Shown one piece after another: positions 1-10,983 of a stretch of DNA of 40,000 nucleotides. Numbering within the stretch: position 1 is the stretch's first letter; the number at the start of each line of letters is the position of its first letter. A program made the position numbers and the translations under genes. The stretch is from the NCBI GenBank assembly GCA_965227085.1, contig CBDDFO010000002.1, positions 1,852,126-1,892,125 on the forward strand, written 5' to 3'. The notes beneath the pieces were generated by a model, which did no database searches, was not told the DNA's origin, and saw only the letters and a list, made by a program, of their open reading frames with translations. Origin of the DNA: Aliiglaciecola sp. (GTDB lineage Bacteria > Pseudomonadota > Gammaproteobacteria > Enterobacterales > Alteromonadaceae).

Positions 1-17
1 TCATAAGGCGACGCACA

Positions 18-650
18 ATGGCTGAAGCAAAAGAAATGAAAAAGGTACTGTTCGGACCCATTCTGAACAATAACCCTATCGCATTGCAGGTGCTAGGTGT
101 CTGTTCCGCACTTGCGATTACAACGAAATTGGAAACGGCTTTGGTAATGTCTCTGGCATTGACTACAGTTGTGGCCTTTTCAAACTTATTTATCTCACTT
201 ATTCGCAACCAGATCCCTTCGAGCGTGCGGATCATCATTCAGATGACCATTATCGCCTCGTTGGTAATTGTTGTGGATCAGATCCTCAAGGCGTATTCCT
301 ACGAAATATCCAAGCAATTGTCGGTATTCGTTGGTTTGATCATCACAAACTGTATCGTTATGGGTCGGGCTGAAGCATACGCGATGAAGAGCCCACCTAT
401 GATGAGCTTCTTGGATGGTATCGGTAACGGCTTGGGTTACTCTTTCGTACTGATTGTCATCGGCACCATCAAAGAGTTGTTTGGTTTCGGTACTATCTTG
501 GGCTTTGAAGTATTACCACTGATTCAAAATGGTGGTTGGTACCAAGGCAACGGATTGTTAATCCTACCTTTCAGTTCCTTCTTTTTGATTGGCGGTATGA
601 TTTGGTTTATCCGCACAATTCGCCCAGAACAAGTTGAGCCCAAGGAGTAA
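18..650 (+). CDS. nqrD: Na+-translocating NADH:quinone oxidoreductase subunit D
   Basis: 210-aa polytopic membrane ORF with NqrD/RnfE-type sequence ([12 protein letters not shown]). It is first in a D-E-F-apbE-nqrM run. The window starts just after the upstream gene's stop. Confidence 0.95.
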   Translation: MAEAKEMKKVLFGPILNNNPIALQVLGVCSALAITTKLETALVMSLALTTVVAFSNLFISLIRNQIPSSVRIIIQMTIIASLVIVVDQILKAYSYEISKQLSVFVGLIITNCIVMGRAEAYAMKSPPMMSFLDGIGNGLGYSFVLIVIGTIKELFGFGTILGFEVLPLIQNGGWYQGNGLLILPFSSFFLIGGMIWFIRTIRPEQVEPKE

Positions 651-653
651 GTC

Positions 654-1262
654 ATGGAACATTATTTGAGTCTATTTGTTCGTTCCGTATTCATTGAAAA
701 CATGGCGTTGTCTTTGTTTTTGGGGATGTGTACCTTCCTTGCGGTATCGAAAAAAGTGAAAACTGCGATGGGCTTGGGTGTTGCGGTAGTGGTGGTGTTG
801 GGTATCTCTGTACCCGTGAACCAAGTGATCTACGTTAACATTCTTGCTCCTGGAGCTTTGGCATGGGCTGGTTTCCCGGACGCTGACCTGAGCTTTTTGA
901 ACTTCTTGACCTTTATCGGCGTAATAGCCGCATTGGTACAGATTCTGGAAATGAGTTTGGATAAGTTTTTCCCGGCTTTGTACAACGCTTTGGGTATCTT
1001 CCTACCGTTGATTACGGTTAACTGCGCCATCTTTGGTGGTGTAGCCTTTGCGGTTCAACGTGAATACACCTTCAGCGAAAGCGTGGTTTACGGTATCGGC
1101 AGTGGATTGGGTTGGGCAATTGCCATTACCTTATTGGCTGCGGTCCGTGAAAAACTGAAATATGCCGATATGCCAGAAGGCATCCGTGGTCTTGGCTCAG
1201 TGTTTATGATAGCCGGTCTGATGGCCCTTGGCTTCCAGTCATTTACTGGCGTAGCGCTGTAA
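654..1262 (+). CDS. nqrE: Na+-translocating NADH:quinone oxidoreductase subunit E
   Basis: 202-aa polytopic membrane ORF starting 4 nt after nqrD. NqrE/RnfA-type sequence ([12 protein letters not shown]). Confidence 0.95.
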   Translation: MEHYLSLFVRSVFIENMALSLFLGMCTFLAVSKKVKTAMGLGVAVVVVLGISVPVNQVIYVNILAPGALAWAGFPDADLSFLNFLTFIGVIAALVQILEMSLDKFFPALYNALGIFLPLITVNCAIFGGVAFAVQREYTFSESVVYGIGSGLGWAIAITLLAAVREKLKYADMPEGIRGLGSVFMIAGLMALGFQSFTGVAL

Positions 1263-1286
1263 GCGACACCAACGAGGAGTATGTAA

Positions 1287-2519
1287 ATGAATCAAAGTGA
1301 AATTTTCCTTGGTGTAGGCATGTTTATCGCCATTGTATTGGCGCTCGTGTTTATCATCATGTTTGCGAAGTCCAAACTGGTGCCATCCGGTGATGTGACA
1401 ATTACCATTAACAACGACCCAGAAAAAGCCATTAAAGCTTCACCTGGCGGCAAGTTGTTGGGTGCATTGGCCGATTCCGGTATCTTCGTATCTTCTGCTT
1501 GCGGCGGCGGTGGCTCTTGTGGTCAATGTCGAGTTGATATCAAATCTGGTGGCGGTGAGATTCTGCCTACCGAATTGGATCACATCAGCAAGCGTGAAGC
1601 GCGCAAGGGCTGTCGTTTGTCCTGTCAGGTTGCTATTAAGCAAGACATGGATATAGAGCTACCAGAAGAAGTCTTTGGTATTAAGAAGTGGGATTGTGAA
1701 GTTATTTCTAATGACAACAAAGCCACTTTCATTAAAGAATTGAAATTGAAGATCCCGAATGGCGAAAGTGTACCTTTCCGTGCCGGTGGTTACATTCAAA
1801 TTGAAGCGCCACCTCATCATGTGAAGTATAAAGACTTCGAAATTCCAGCAGAATACCGTGCTGACTGGGAGCGTTTTGGCTTCTTTGACATCGAGTCGAA
1901 AGTCGATGATGAAACCATCCGTGCTTACTCTATGGCGAACTACCCAGAGGAAGAAGGGATTATCATGTTGAACGTGCGTATCGCTACGCCGCCACCTAAT
2001 AATCTGAGCTTGCCTGCTGGTAAAATGTCTTCTTACATTTGGAGCTTGAAAGAAGGCGATAAAGCCACGATTTCAGGTCCATTTGGTGAGTTCTTCGCGA
2101 AAGAAACGCAAGCAGAAATGGTCTTCGTTGGCGGTGGTGCAGGTATGGCACCGATGCGTTCGCATATTTTTGACCAATTGCGTCGAATCAAAACCGACCG
2201 CAAAATTACCTTCTGGTATGGTGCTCGTTCATTGCGCGAAATGTTCTATGTAGAAGATTTCGATATGCTTCAAGAAGAGAACGAAAACTTTACTTGGCAT
2301 GTCGCTTTGTCTGATCCTCAACCTGAAGACAATTGGGAAGGTTACACTGGGTTTATCCACCAGGTATTGTTAGAGAACTATCTGAAAGATCACCCTGCAC
2401 CAGAAGATTGTGAGTTCTACATGTGTGGACCACCTATGATGAACGCAGCGGTTATCAGCATGCTGAAAAACCTAGGTGTTGAAGACGACAACATTATGTT
2501 GGATGACTTCGGTGGTTAA
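1287..2519 (+). CDS. nqrF: Na+-translocating NADH:quinone oxidoreductase subunit F
   Basis: N-terminal TM helix, 2Fe-2S ferredoxin Cys cluster ([10 protein letters not shown]...C), FAD/NADH motifs ([21 protein letters not shown]). Confidence 0.95.
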   Translation: MNQSEIFLGVGMFIAIVLALVFIIMFAKSKLVPSGDVTITINNDPEKAIKASPGGKLLGALADSGIFVSSACGGGGSCGQCRVDIKSGGGEILPTELDHISKREARKGCRLSCQVAIKQDMDIELPEEVFGIKKWDCEVISNDNKATFIKELKLKIPNGESVPFRAGGYIQIEAPPHHVKYKDFEIPAEYRADWERFGFFDIESKVDDETIRAYSMANYPEEEGIIMLNVRIATPPPNNLSLPAGKMSSYIWSLKEGDKATISGPFGEFFAKETQAEMVFVGGGAGMAPMRSHIFDQLRRIKTDRKITFWYGARSLREMFYVEDFDMLQEENENFTWHVALSDPQPEDNWEGYTGFIHQVLLENYLKDHPAPEDCEFYMCGPPMMNAAVISMLKNLGVEDDNIMLDDFGG

Positions 2520-2543
2520 ACTGACCATCCACTAAATACACAA

Positions 2544-2570
2544 AGAGGGGCAATTAGCCCCTCTTTTTTT
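2544..2570 (+). terminator. Rho-independent terminator after nqrF
   Basis: GC-rich dyad AGAGGGGC/GCCCCTCT followed by a T7 run. Confidence 0.7.
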
Positions 2571-2597
2571 AAACTAACCTGATTCAAACAAAGATTT

Positions 2598-3632
2598 GTG
2601 CAAGCCAAAATGAGAAATTATCGAGTTATTTGGGTGCTGGCCGCACTGTTGCTTGCCGCACTGTATTTTGCAAACCAGCCGACCTCTGAACAATTAGTCC
2701 ACCTCTCCGGGCCCACTATGGGTACCACTTACAATGTTAAGTTTGCTGGGGTTGAGAACGAAAGTGCAGAAGCCATTCAAAAAGACATTGATGATCTGCT
2801 GGTTCATATCAACAAATTGATGTCTACCTACGATCCTACTTCTGAGTTGTCTCTGTTCAATCAGCAAAAAAACACCGAACCCTACCTTCTATCAGCAGAG
2901 ACTGCGCTGGTGGTCAAAGAAGCCATTCGCTTGGGTCAAATGAGCAATTCGGTGCTGGATATTACCGTCGGCCCTTTGGTGAACCTTTGGGGGTTTGGGC
3001 CACAAGCCAGGCCAGAGAAGACCCCATCAAATGAAGAGATCGATTCCATTAGAGCCTATGTAGGATTAGACAAGATAGTTCTCACCGGACAGACGTTGCA
3101 GAAATTGCACCCCGACGTCTATGTGGATCTATCAACAATTGCAAAAGGCTATGGAGTTGATCAGGTTGCTGAACTATTGGCGTCAAAAGGCATAACAGAC
3201 TATCTGGTGGAAATCGGTGGAGAGATGCGAGTTGCTGGGGTGAAGCCAAATGGTGATCCATGGCGCATCGCCGTAGAGAAACCAGTCACTGAACAACGGG
3301 CAATTCAATCTATCCTTGTTGTGGGTAACAATGCCGTTGCGACATCCGGTGATTATCGTAATTATTTTGAACAAGATGGTGTGCGCTATTCTCACTTGAT
3401 CGACCCGCGCACAGGCTCGCCTATTCAGCACAATACGGTTGCTGTGACTGTGGTCCATCCGTCATCTATGACGGCTGATGGGCTTGCAACGGCGTTGATT
3501 GTGTTGGGTAAAGATCAAGCCTTGGCTCTAGCGCAGCGTGAAGGCCTCGATGTGTTGATCATTACTAAAGAAAATGGTGAGTTTAAAGAGTATACTAGTG
3601 GCTCGTTCAATCAGTACGTGATTGAGCATTAA
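2598..3632 (+). CDS. apbE: FAD:protein FMN transferase (ApbE family)
   Basis: Signal/anchor N-terminus and ApbE-type blocks (GDYRNYF, IDPRTGSP). Conserved position after nqrF. The start could be GTG 2598 or ATG 2610. Confidence 0.9.
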   Translation: MQAKMRNYRVIWVLAALLLAALYFANQPTSEQLVHLSGPTMGTTYNVKFAGVENESAEAIQKDIDDLLVHINKLMSTYDPTSELSLFNQQKNTEPYLLSAETALVVKEAIRLGQMSNSVLDITVGPLVNLWGFGPQARPEKTPSNEEIDSIRAYVGLDKIVLTGQTLQKLHPDVYVDLSTIAKGYGVDQVAELLASKGITDYLVEIGGEMRVAGVKPNGDPWRIAVEKPVTEQRAIQSILVVGNNAVATSGDYRNYFEQDGVRYSHLIDPRTGSPIQHNTVAVTVVHPSSMTADGLATALIVLGKDQALALAQREGLDVLIITKENGEFKEYTSGSFNQYVIEH

Positions 3633-3645
3633 TAATTAGCGAATT

Positions 3646-3891
3646 TTGGGAATTCTCGTGAGTACGTTTGTTTTAGCATTTATATTTTTTCTTGTTGTTG
3701 TTGCTGCGATGGCCATTGGCTACATTGTCCAGCAGAAAACTATTTCTGGCAGTTGTGGTGGACTTGGGGCTCTAGGTATTGAAAAAGCCTGTGATTGTCC
3801 TGAGCCCTGCGATCGCAAAAAGGCGAGAATGGAAAAAGAACAGGCAAGACAGAAGAAGCTTGCCGAATGGAAAGAAAACCAAATTTTATAA
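3646..3891 (+). CDS. nqrM: (Na+)-NQR maturation protein NqrM (DUF539)
   Basis: 81 aa with one N-terminal TM helix, then a Cys cluster (SGSCGG...CDCPEPC). Conserved position after apbE. Start codon uncertain (TTG 3646 or GTG 3658). Confidence 0.8.
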   Translation: MGILVSTFVLAFIFFLVVVAAMAIGYIVQQKTISGSCGGLGALGIEKACDCPEPCDRKKARMEKEQARQKKLAEWKENQIL

Positions 3892-3893
3892 TC

Positions 3894-4487
3894 TCAGGCT
3901 TTTAGATAGAGCAAATAAGCAAACGCTGAGAGGTTGAGTAGGATGGTTAACCAATATCCTGCTTGGAAGGACTGCTTAGCGATCTTATGATGCATCAGGC
4001 GTTGTGCGAATGCAGCGCCTGGCCATCCTCCTAATAACGACAAAATATGCAGCGTTTGTTCTGTAGTGCGCCACTGTCCCTTCTCGGCTTTTGATTTGTC
4101 AAAAACATAGGCAAAAAACGTCATCACCGAAAGTGCCAAGTAGCCCCAAATCACCTCAATAGCCAAGCGCTCGAATATCCACAATACACACAAGCTGACT
4201 AGGAACACGACCGAAAGATAGCTGGCTAATTTGCTGGCGGGACGTTTGGCAGGGCGCGGAACAGCTTGGGGCGGTGTCTCTCCTGTGAAGGTGGCATCAA
4301 TAGCACGGGTACGCCCCGTACTGTCCTGGCTAAGTTCGAAGGTGATGATGTCGCCTAAGACCGGCGTACGAGACTTGTTGTAGAATGCGGTTTTGTGAAT
4401 GAATATCTGTTTATTGCCTTTTATGGGTGCGATAAAGCCGAAGCCTTTTTGACTATCCCACTTGACCAGTTTTCCCTTTGTGCGCAT
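3894..4487 (-). CDS. cold-shock domain / DUF1294 membrane protein
   Basis: N-terminal CSD-like motif (KWDSQKGFGFIAP) followed by a multi-TM C-terminal half, typical of DUF1294 fusions. Confidence 0.8.
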   Translation of the reverse strand: MRTKGKLVKWDSQKGFGFIAPIKGNKQIFIHKTAFYNKSRTPVLGDIITFELSQDSTGRTRAIDATFTGETPPQAVPRPAKRPASKLASYLSVVFLVSLCVLWIFERLAIEVIWGYLALSVMTFFAYVFDKSKAEKGQWRTTEQTLHILSLLGGWPGAAFAQRLMHHKIAKQSFQAGYWLTILLNLSAFAYLLYLKA

Positions 4488-4580
4488 GAATCTTCCTTGT
4501 CAGTTATATCAGCTTGGAGTATGACACGTCTTCCCACTTCTTACCCAAGACAAATGCGAAAGTAGATTTCTTATGAAAAT

Positions 4581-4600
4581 AACTGTATAAATAAACAGTT
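4581..4600 (+). promoter_or_regulatory. LexA (SOS) box upstream of dinB
   Basis: AACTGTATAAATAAACAGTT equals CTGT-N8-ACAG, the gammaproteobacterial LexA consensus. It lies 21 nt upstream of the dinB ATG. Confidence 0.75.
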
Positions 4601-4620
4601 TTATTTTAGGTAGGATAAAC

Positions 4621-5679
4621 ATGCGTAAGATCATCCACATCGATATGGATTGCTTTTATGCAGCGGTTGAGATGCGAGATAATCCTAAGCTGCGCAATGT
4701 CCCTATTGCCATAGGTGGTAGTGCGGATCGCCGTGGGGTGATTTCTACCTGTAATTATCCTGCCCGCAAGTTTGGCGTGCGTTCTGCCATGGCCACGGCC
4801 CATGCACTTAAATTGTGTCCCCAATTGGTGTTGGTGAAAGGTCGCATGGAGGAGTACGTCAAAATCTCCAAACAAATTCGAAGTATTTTTGCCCGCTACA
4901 CCGATAAGATTGAGCCTTTGTCTCTGGACGAAGCCTATTTGGATGTCACTGAGTCTAACCAATTCAACGGCAGTGCGACCCTAATTGCACAAGATATACG
5001 AAGGGCAATCGTCACAGAAACGGGTCTGACTGCTTCTGCGGGGGTTGCGCCTTGTAAATTCGTTGCCAAAGTCGCCAGCGATGAAAATAAACCCAATGGT
5101 ATTTGCGTGATCACGCCAGATAAACTGGATGAGTTTGTCAAAGGCTTGCCCCTTGGCAAGATCCCCGGCGTGGGGAAGGTTACCGTCGAGAAGCTACATC
5201 AGCTAGGTTTGTATACTTGCAATGATGTTAGAGGCTATCCTTTGGAACAACTGGTGAAGCGCTTTGGAAAATTTGGGCCGGTCATTTGGAATCGAAGTCA
5301 TGGTATTGATGAACGGGCGCTGAGTTTATCTCGAGAACGAAAGTCAGTAGGTGTAGAGCGAACCCTGTCTGAAGACTTGAGCAGTGAAGACGAATGTCAG
5401 GCTATGGTGGAACAGTTGTACCCGAAATTACTTGAGCGAATCGAAAAAGCCCGAGTAAATACAAGGATCCGTAGTCAAGGGGTTAAGTTGAAATTCAGCG
5501 ACTTTCAACAGACCACGGTAGAACATCGATGTGCCAAACTGGACCCGCACTACTTTCGGGAACTGCTACAACAAGCCTATGAGCGCTCGCAAAGTCGCGG
5601 GGTTCGACTTGTCGGTTTGCATGTGGGATTATCAACAGATCATGAATTTGAACAATTAAAGTTGCCTCTGGAAGCCTGA
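4621..5679 (+). CDS. dinB: DNA polymerase IV
   Basis: Y-family polymerase hallmarks ([27 protein letters not shown]). 352 aa, with an SOS box upstream. Confidence 0.95.
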   Translation: MRKIIHIDMDCFYAAVEMRDNPKLRNVPIAIGGSADRRGVISTCNYPARKFGVRSAMATAHALKLCPQLVLVKGRMEEYVKISKQIRSIFARYTDKIEPLSLDEAYLDVTESNQFNGSATLIAQDIRRAIVTETGLTASAGVAPCKFVAKVASDENKPNGICVITPDKLDEFVKGLPLGKIPGVGKVTVEKLHQLGLYTCNDVRGYPLEQLVKRFGKFGPVIWNRSHGIDERALSLSRERKSVGVERTLSEDLSSEDECQAMVEQLYPKLLERIEKARVNTRIRSQGVKLKFSDFQQTTVEHRCAKLDPHYFRELLQQAYERSQSRGVRLVGLHVGLSTDHEFEQLKLPLEA

Positions 5680-5725
5680 ACAAAGACTTCCGCCAAGCGC
5701 TGCCCACGACTGACTTCAGGAATGT

Positions 5726-6925
5726 ATGAATCGATTACCTTTTAATGTTTGGCTGCTTACTCTCATTCTGGCTTTGGGAATGAGTGCCGGTGCGGTGATG
5801 GTGATGTTGGGAGGGATCATTGGTGCCCAACTGGCTCCCTCTGCTAAGTTTTCTACTTTGCCCATTGCCATGATGATCATCGGCACGGCCAGTGGTGTCG
5901 TTCCTGTCACCCGCCTTATGGGGCACTTTGGCCGCAAGAAGGTGTTTGTTGCGGCCGCTTTGCTGGCGACGACCGGCTTTTTGCTGGCTGCCTTGAGCGT
6001 GCATTGGGCTCACTTCTATGGATTTATTGGCTCTGCTTTTGTCATAGGTTTGGCGATCGCAGCCTTTCAACAAATACGCTTTGCTGCAATGGAATCCGTT
6101 GATGTTGAACTCAAAGCAAAGGCGGCCTCTAGAGTGTTACTGGGAGGCTTGGTTGCCGCAGTTTTAGGACCAGAACTGGTCACTTGGGGCAGAAATCTAT
6201 TAAGTACAGAGTATGCAGGTGCTTTTGTGTTGATGTCACTCCTGACTCTGATCTGCGCTATCTTGTTTACCCAACTCAGAGCTATGCCCCAGTTTGTGGC
6301 TAGTGGCCAAGATGATGAACAAGACCCGTCTATAGATTCTGTGTTACGTAACCCGATTTTCATTATTGCGGTGTCAGCCTCGGTTGTGGGATTTGCCTTG
6401 ATGAGTTTTATTATGACGGCAACTCCGGTGCACATGCATACCCATGATCACCACAGCTTGGAACACACCAAATGGGTTATCCAAAGTCATATTTTAGCGA
6501 TGTACTTGCCCTCTTTGTTTAGCGGTTGGTTGATTGGGAAATTGGGACCACAGCGCATTATCGTGCTGGGTCTGTTCACTTATGTGTGTACCATGGCGAT
6601 TGGACTGGCTGGAAACCAGCTGGCTAACTATTGGATTGCTTTGATATTACTGGGTTTAGGCTGGAATTTTTTGTTTTTGGCAGGGACCGTATTGTTGTCA
6701 CAAACCTATACGCCAAGACAAGCGTACAAAGTTCAAGGGATCAATGAAGGATGTGTATTCGGAGCCCAAGCAGCTGCATCTTTGGGGGCTGGGACCTTAT
6801 TGCATCTCACTGGCTGGGATGGTTTGATGTACATTAGCCTGACTATTGTCGTTTTGCATGTGGCGTTAGTCATCTATCAACGCAGTAAACTGCGTGAGTT
6901 TAATCAACAAGGGACAGAGTCATGA
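5726..6925 (+). CDS. MFS transporter
   Basis: 399 aa with about 12 hydrophobic segments in a two-halves architecture and a central hydrophilic loop. Confidence 0.85.
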   Translation: MNRLPFNVWLLTLILALGMSAGAVMVMLGGIIGAQLAPSAKFSTLPIAMMIIGTASGVVPVTRLMGHFGRKKVFVAAALLATTGFLLAALSVHWAHFYGFIGSAFVIGLAIAAFQQIRFAAMESVDVELKAKAASRVLLGGLVAAVLGPELVTWGRNLLSTEYAGAFVLMSLLTLICAILFTQLRAMPQFVASGQDDEQDPSIDSVLRNPIFIIAVSASVVGFALMSFIMTATPVHMHTHDHHSLEHTKWVIQSHILAMYLPSLFSGWLIGKLGPQRIIVLGLFTYVCTMAIGLAGNQLANYWIALILLGLGWNFLFLAGTVLLSQTYTPRQAYKVQGINEGCVFGAQAAASLGAGTLLHLTGWDGLMYISLTIVVLHVALVIYQRSKLREFNQQGTES

Positions 6926-7140
6926 GTGTAGTGGCAGGACGTTATCGTCATTATAAAGGCAACGAATATGAAGTCATTGGTGTTGCCAGACATTCAGAAG
7001 ATGAATCAGAATTGGTAGTCTATCGACCTCTATATGGCGAAAGAGGATTGTGGGTTAGGCCCAAAGCCATGTTTTGTGAAACCGTCGAAATCGATGGCGA
7101 CATGCAACCCCGTTTCGCCCTTGTTGAGGCGTATACCTAA
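6922..7140 (+). CDS. DUF1653 domain protein
   Basis: 72 aa with the YRHYKGNEYEV...VVYRPLYG...LWVRP pattern typical of DUF1653. Overlaps the MFS stop by 4 nt. Confidence 0.75.
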   Translation: MSVVAGRYRHYKGNEYEVIGVARHSEDESELVVYRPLYGERGLWVRPKAMFCETVEIDGDMQPRFALVEAYT

Positions 7141-7511
7141 TGACGGATTCGGTTGTGGTCAACACAGAGCAAACTCAAAAAATGCTCAAGCGTTTGGACA
7201 GACTGGCGTGGTTGATGGACAAAAGCATTGGTTTACCTGGTGGATTCCGCATCGGCATAGACGGCCTGATTGGCTTGATCCCCGGCGTAGGAGACGTAAT
7301 AGGATTGCTGATCTCGTTGTATTTGTTTGTTTTGTCCTTGCAGATTAAAACCTCAACGGCGATCAAACTGAAAATGTTGTGGAACATCGCCCTTGAGTTC
7401 TTCATTGGCTCTATCCCCATCTTGGGAGATCTCTTTGATTTCTACTTCAAAGCTAACGTCAGAAACGTAGACTTGTTAAAAAAGCATCTTTCTACGCCAC
7501 AAAACACATAA
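7140..7511 (+). CDS. DUF4112 membrane protein
   Basis: 123 aa with the IGIDGLIGLIPGVGD motif and two TM segments. Start overlaps the upstream stop. Confidence 0.75.
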   Translation: MTDSVVVNTEQTQKMLKRLDRLAWLMDKSIGLPGGFRIGIDGLIGLIPGVGDVIGLLISLYLFVLSLQIKTSTAIKLKMLWNIALEFFIGSIPILGDLFDFYFKANVRNVDLLKKHLSTPQNT

Positions 7512-7535
7512 AAAAACGGAGCATTGCTGCTCCGT
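7510..7535 (-). terminator. Rho-independent terminator of the TonB-dependent receptor gene
   Basis: 8-bp stem ACGGAGCA/TGCTCCGT with a 4-nt loop. An A-run on the plus strand gives a T-run on the minus strand. Confidence 0.6.
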
Positions 7536-7556
7536 TCCACTTCGCTTCACACTCAT

Positions 7557-10520
7557 TTAGAACTTAAATTTCAAGCCCGCTTTGTAGATACGACCTAGAG
7601 TGTCGTAGTTACTTGGGAAGGTGTTACCTGAGTTTGAGCTGGTATCACCCACATCGTTACCCAATACCGGTGGATCTTTATCGAACATGTTGTCGATACC
7701 GACTGTGAACGTCACATTGTCGGTAAAGGTGTAACTGGCAAAGATGTCAAAGTAGTCATAAGACTCAATACTTCTGAATGCTTCGAATCTCAAGTTGCGC
7801 TCTGTAGGCTCAACCTGAACGGAGTTGATGTGTCTCCACAACAATGACACTGTAATATCATCGATTGTCCAAGTAGTACGCTGAATCCAACGTAAGTCAG
7901 ACAAAGGATCACAACTGGTGCCATAGTAACCTTTACAATCCAGAACCGGCACAGTATCAGAGCTCTGAGACTCCTGTGTTAGGTATTTGTTGATGTTACC
8001 TGAGAAGGCTAAGTTACCCCAGTCTTGCAAGTCAAAATTGAAGTTAAAGGCTACTTCAATCCCTTCAGCTTGCAGGTACTTGAGGTTGGTTGTGAACTGA
8101 TTCACACCCGCTGCTGAGCCTGTGAGATCACCACCAACACGATTGATCTTCGCACACTCATTGGCATCACCGTTGATATAACAAGAATCCAAGATCTCTT
8201 GAGCGGAGAAGTTACCAATGATGTCTTGAATATCGATATCGTAGTAATCCACTGACAGGGTAAAATCATTCGCCCAAGCAAAATCTGGGGTCCACACAAA
8301 ACCGGCGGTAAAGGTATCGGCCTCTTCCGGTCCTGGAGGATTGGCTGGGTCACTACCGTTAAAGGTGTTGATCTGGCCAGAGATAATGTCTGGGATTACG
8401 CCCACTTGTGCGTCGGTCATACCTGTAGAGATACACAATTGGCGCAAAGTTGCATCGATATTGCCGGCATTAGCAACGGAACAAGGATCCAGTACGGCGT
8501 TATCTAACCCTGAGGTTACAGGCGAAGCAATTTCCCCTACGTTAGGTGCACGGTTTGCTCTTTGTTGCATCACGCGAAGCAATAAAGGTTCGATAGGACG
8601 CCAGTTGAAACCCAGTTTCCAAGAATCAGTGCTGCCTACTGTGTCGAAATCTGATGAACGATAACCAAATTCTAAGTCCATGGACTCAGCGAATGACTTG
8701 CCATCAAAGATGGGCAAAATACCCTCGAAGTAGAATTCACTGACTTTGTACCCGCCTTTAATCGGCAACAAGTTACCACCAGCACCACCTTGACAACTTG
8801 CCGGTGATTCTTTCAGACACTCATCCGGCTCTAGTAAGCCTGTTTCAGTGCGGTGTTCTAAGCCCACACTCATTGAAAGAGGCAATGAAGCAGTTGGCAG
8901 TTCAATAAAATCTACTGGACCATTAAGTACCAATGAAATGATTTCTTGTTCGTACTTTTGTTGTTGAAGGGCAATTGCTCTTGAATATGCCGCTGCCTGT
9001 TCAGTAATGGTGCCGAAACCGCCAAACAAATTGATTGGCACACAGTTTCCACCCACGGCACAGGTAACACCATCGCGTGTATCGAGTGCATTTTGAATGT
9101 TGCCTAGGTTGGTATAGCCATCACGCACCGTTGTCCGGTTGGCTTCGCCATACTGATAGGAAAAATCAAACTCCCAATCTTGATACAAGGCACCACGGAC
9201 ACCGGTATTGATTTGCCAAATTTCAGCATCATAGCGTTCGGAGCGTGCGCCTAGTTCTAAGGTTCGACGACGTAAACGAACACTCAAGGAGTCCTCTGTA
9301 TCAACGATGCCATTGTTATTTGCGTCGGTCCAACTGCCGCCATTGACTAGTGAACCGTCGGTCACCGCAGCATTTGCACCGTCAATAATAAACGATAAGG
9401 CCTGTGAACCGATTAATGGGTTATACAGAGGTAGGTTAAAGCTCTCTCCGAAAGTGCCTGAGGGCGCGACCTGTTGCACCACCGTGGTATTGGTAAAGTT
9501 GAAAGAGGTGTAGAACTCAATGTCATCATTGATGGCATAATTTACCAATGCTGTTGCAGAGTATCGCTCTGCAGGCGTTTGGTAATAGTTGAAGGGGTTG
9601 AAGTTGAACAAACTACAGTTGGGACCCAAAGTGCCATCTTCCCTAAACTGACCGGAAACGCCTGTACCAATCAACTCAAAACGCGTCGGGATTGCGGTTG
9701 TTGAGCCACTACCGTTGATATCAACAACATTGGGGCCACCGCAACCTTGAATTGGCAACTGCGCTTGCTCACCGTTTAAAAACTCCTCTAAACCCGAGCC
9801 GGTGTTTGAATTGATCCCGAATTGACCTAGATCCCGTTGACCCAACAGCACAGACTTTCGGTCCATCCAGCTAACTGAGACCACACCGTTACCCCGACCA
9901 CCGTCGAAATTAGAACCAATGGTGATCGCCAGATTATTTTGATCGCCGTCCTGATCTCCTGTCTCAGAGTGGTTTAAGTCGATGGCCACACCCTCAAAAT
10001 TGTTTTTGAGGATAACGTTGACGGCCCCGGAGATTGCGTCGGAACCATAAACGGCCGATGCACCACCGGTGACCACATCAATTCGATCAATCAATGCGGT
10101 TGGAATGTTGGCGGTATCCACTTGCCCGTTGAAGTTGAATGGAACCATGCGTTTGCCGTTGAGCAACACTAAGTTACGTTGCGCGCCCAAGCCCCGCAAG
10201 TCGATGGTGGCTGCGCCTGCAGTACCATTATTTACGTTACCACCGTCGGCTGGAATGGTGGCAGGTAAGGAGCGAATGATGCGTTCGAATTCGGGTGTTT
10301 GTAGATAGCCCACTTCCTCTTCGCCCAAAGAGAATATGGGGCTCGAAGACTCCACACCGGGCGCGCGAATACGGCTACCGGTAATAGAGATTTTCTCTAA
10401 ATCTTTTGCTTCTGCCGCTGGATCTTCTTGTGCCAAGGCGGATTGCGAGCTGATGCCTGCAATCGCACCCAAACACAGTGCGATTTTGACCGAGCGCGCC
10501 AGTTTGGTGCTTGTAAACAT
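7557..10520 (-). CDS. TonB-dependent receptor
   Basis: Likely start is the ATG at 10520 (MFTSTKLARSV...SALA signal peptide, GGGGAG Shine-Dalgarno upstream). Plug-domain blocks (ISITGSR, DRIDVVTGGASAVYGSDA) and a long beta-barrel ending ...GLKFKF. Confidence 0.9.
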   Translation of the reverse strand: MFTSTKLARSVKIALCLGAIAGISSQSALAQEDPAAEAKDLEKISITGSRIRAPGVESSSPIFSLGEEEVGYLQTPEFERIIRSLPATIPADGGNVNNGTAGAATIDLRGLGAQRNLVLLNGKRMVPFNFNGQVDTANIPTALIDRIDVVTGGASAVYGSDAISGAVNVILKNNFEGVAIDLNHSETGDQDGDQNNLAITIGSNFDGGRGNGVVSVSWMDRKSVLLGQRDLGQFGINSNTGSGLEEFLNGEQAQLPIQGCGGPNVVDINGSGSTTAIPTRFELIGTGVSGQFREDGTLGPNCSLFNFNPFNYYQTPAERYSATALVNYAINDDIEFYTSFNFTNTTVVQQVAPSGTFGESFNLPLYNPLIGSQALSFIIDGANAAVTDGSLVNGGSWTDANNNGIVDTEDSLSVRLRRRTLELGARSERYDAEIWQINTGVRGALYQDWEFDFSYQYGEANRTTVRDGYTNLGNIQNALDTRDGVTCAVGGNCVPINLFGGFGTITEQAAAYSRAIALQQQKYEQEIISLVLNGPVDFIELPTASLPLSMSVGLEHRTETGLLEPDECLKESPASCQGGAGGNLLPIKGGYKVSEFYFEGILPIFDGKSFAESMDLEFGYRSSDFDTVGSTDSWKLGFNWRPIEPLLLRVMQQRANRAPNVGEIASPVTSGLDNAVLDPCSVANAGNIDATLRQLCISTGMTDAQVGVIPDIISGQINTFNGSDPANPPGPEEADTFTAGFVWTPDFAWANDFTLSVDYYDIDIQDIIGNFSAQEILDSCYINGDANECAKINRVGGDLTGSAAGVNQFTTNLKYLQAEGIEVAFNFNFDLQDWGNLAFSGNINKYLTQESQSSDTVPVLDCKGYYGTSCDPLSDLRWIQRTTWTIDDITVSLLWRHINSVQVEPTERNLRFEAFRSIESYDYFDIFASYTFTDNVTFTVGIDNMFDKDPPVLGNDVGDTSSNSGNTFPSNYDTLGRIYKAGLKFKF

Positions 10521-10983
10521 GTTGTTCTCCCCTGCATTTCCCAATCTCAAACTGCCAAATGAGTCAGAAAAGTCTGCATTGTTATAAGTTGACGGCAATT
10601 CAGTTGCCTGAGACTAAATTAGGCTTTCGTCTCATCCAGCACTAGCGGCTATCCACAGGGGGTGGTAACTCTGTGACCAGAGGTCGAATTTTCAGGATAA
10701 GTGGGGGGAACTTTTGATTAATGGGAGTGGCCTTTCTCATTTTTGTTATTTTTAAAATCACATTTATGGATATATCCAATTGAATAATAAGAAGAAAATA
10801 TAAACTTTGGAGAGCGTGCTTTGACTTTCATGTTGCACCATCTTGGATCGATGGGGCGGGGCAGTGGTGTGAATGGGAGGGCGCATGAATTGAACTTAGA
10901 CGTATATATTTACACACTGAAATGTAGATTAATTGTGAAAACACGGATATGTTAATTAGACTTTCGTCTAAAAAGTGATAGCC

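Noticed and set aside
7034-7348. 104-aa ORF overlapping the DUF1653/DUF4112 junction
   Set aside because: It is out of frame with two family-recognisable genes and has an Arg-rich frame-shadow composition.
7557-10598. Short ORFs inside or antisense to the TonB-dependent receptor (8102-8353, 8341-8664, 9307-9513, 9474-9704, 10069-10308, 10336-10587)
   Set aside because: All are nested in a long, well-supported gene and have no independent signals. The same reasoning applies to nested ORFs in nqrE/F, apbE, dinB, the MFS gene, nhaC, the MBL gene, the amidohydrolase, the PLP enzyme, the DUF885 gene, yfiC and exbD.
10521-10975. Riboswitch (e.g. cobalamin) in the leader of the TonB-dependent receptor
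   Set aside because: Only a weak GCCACTC near-match to the B12 box was seen. The GGGAA/GGTG.AA.TCC and CCCGC core elements are absent, and the receptor is not BtuB-sized.
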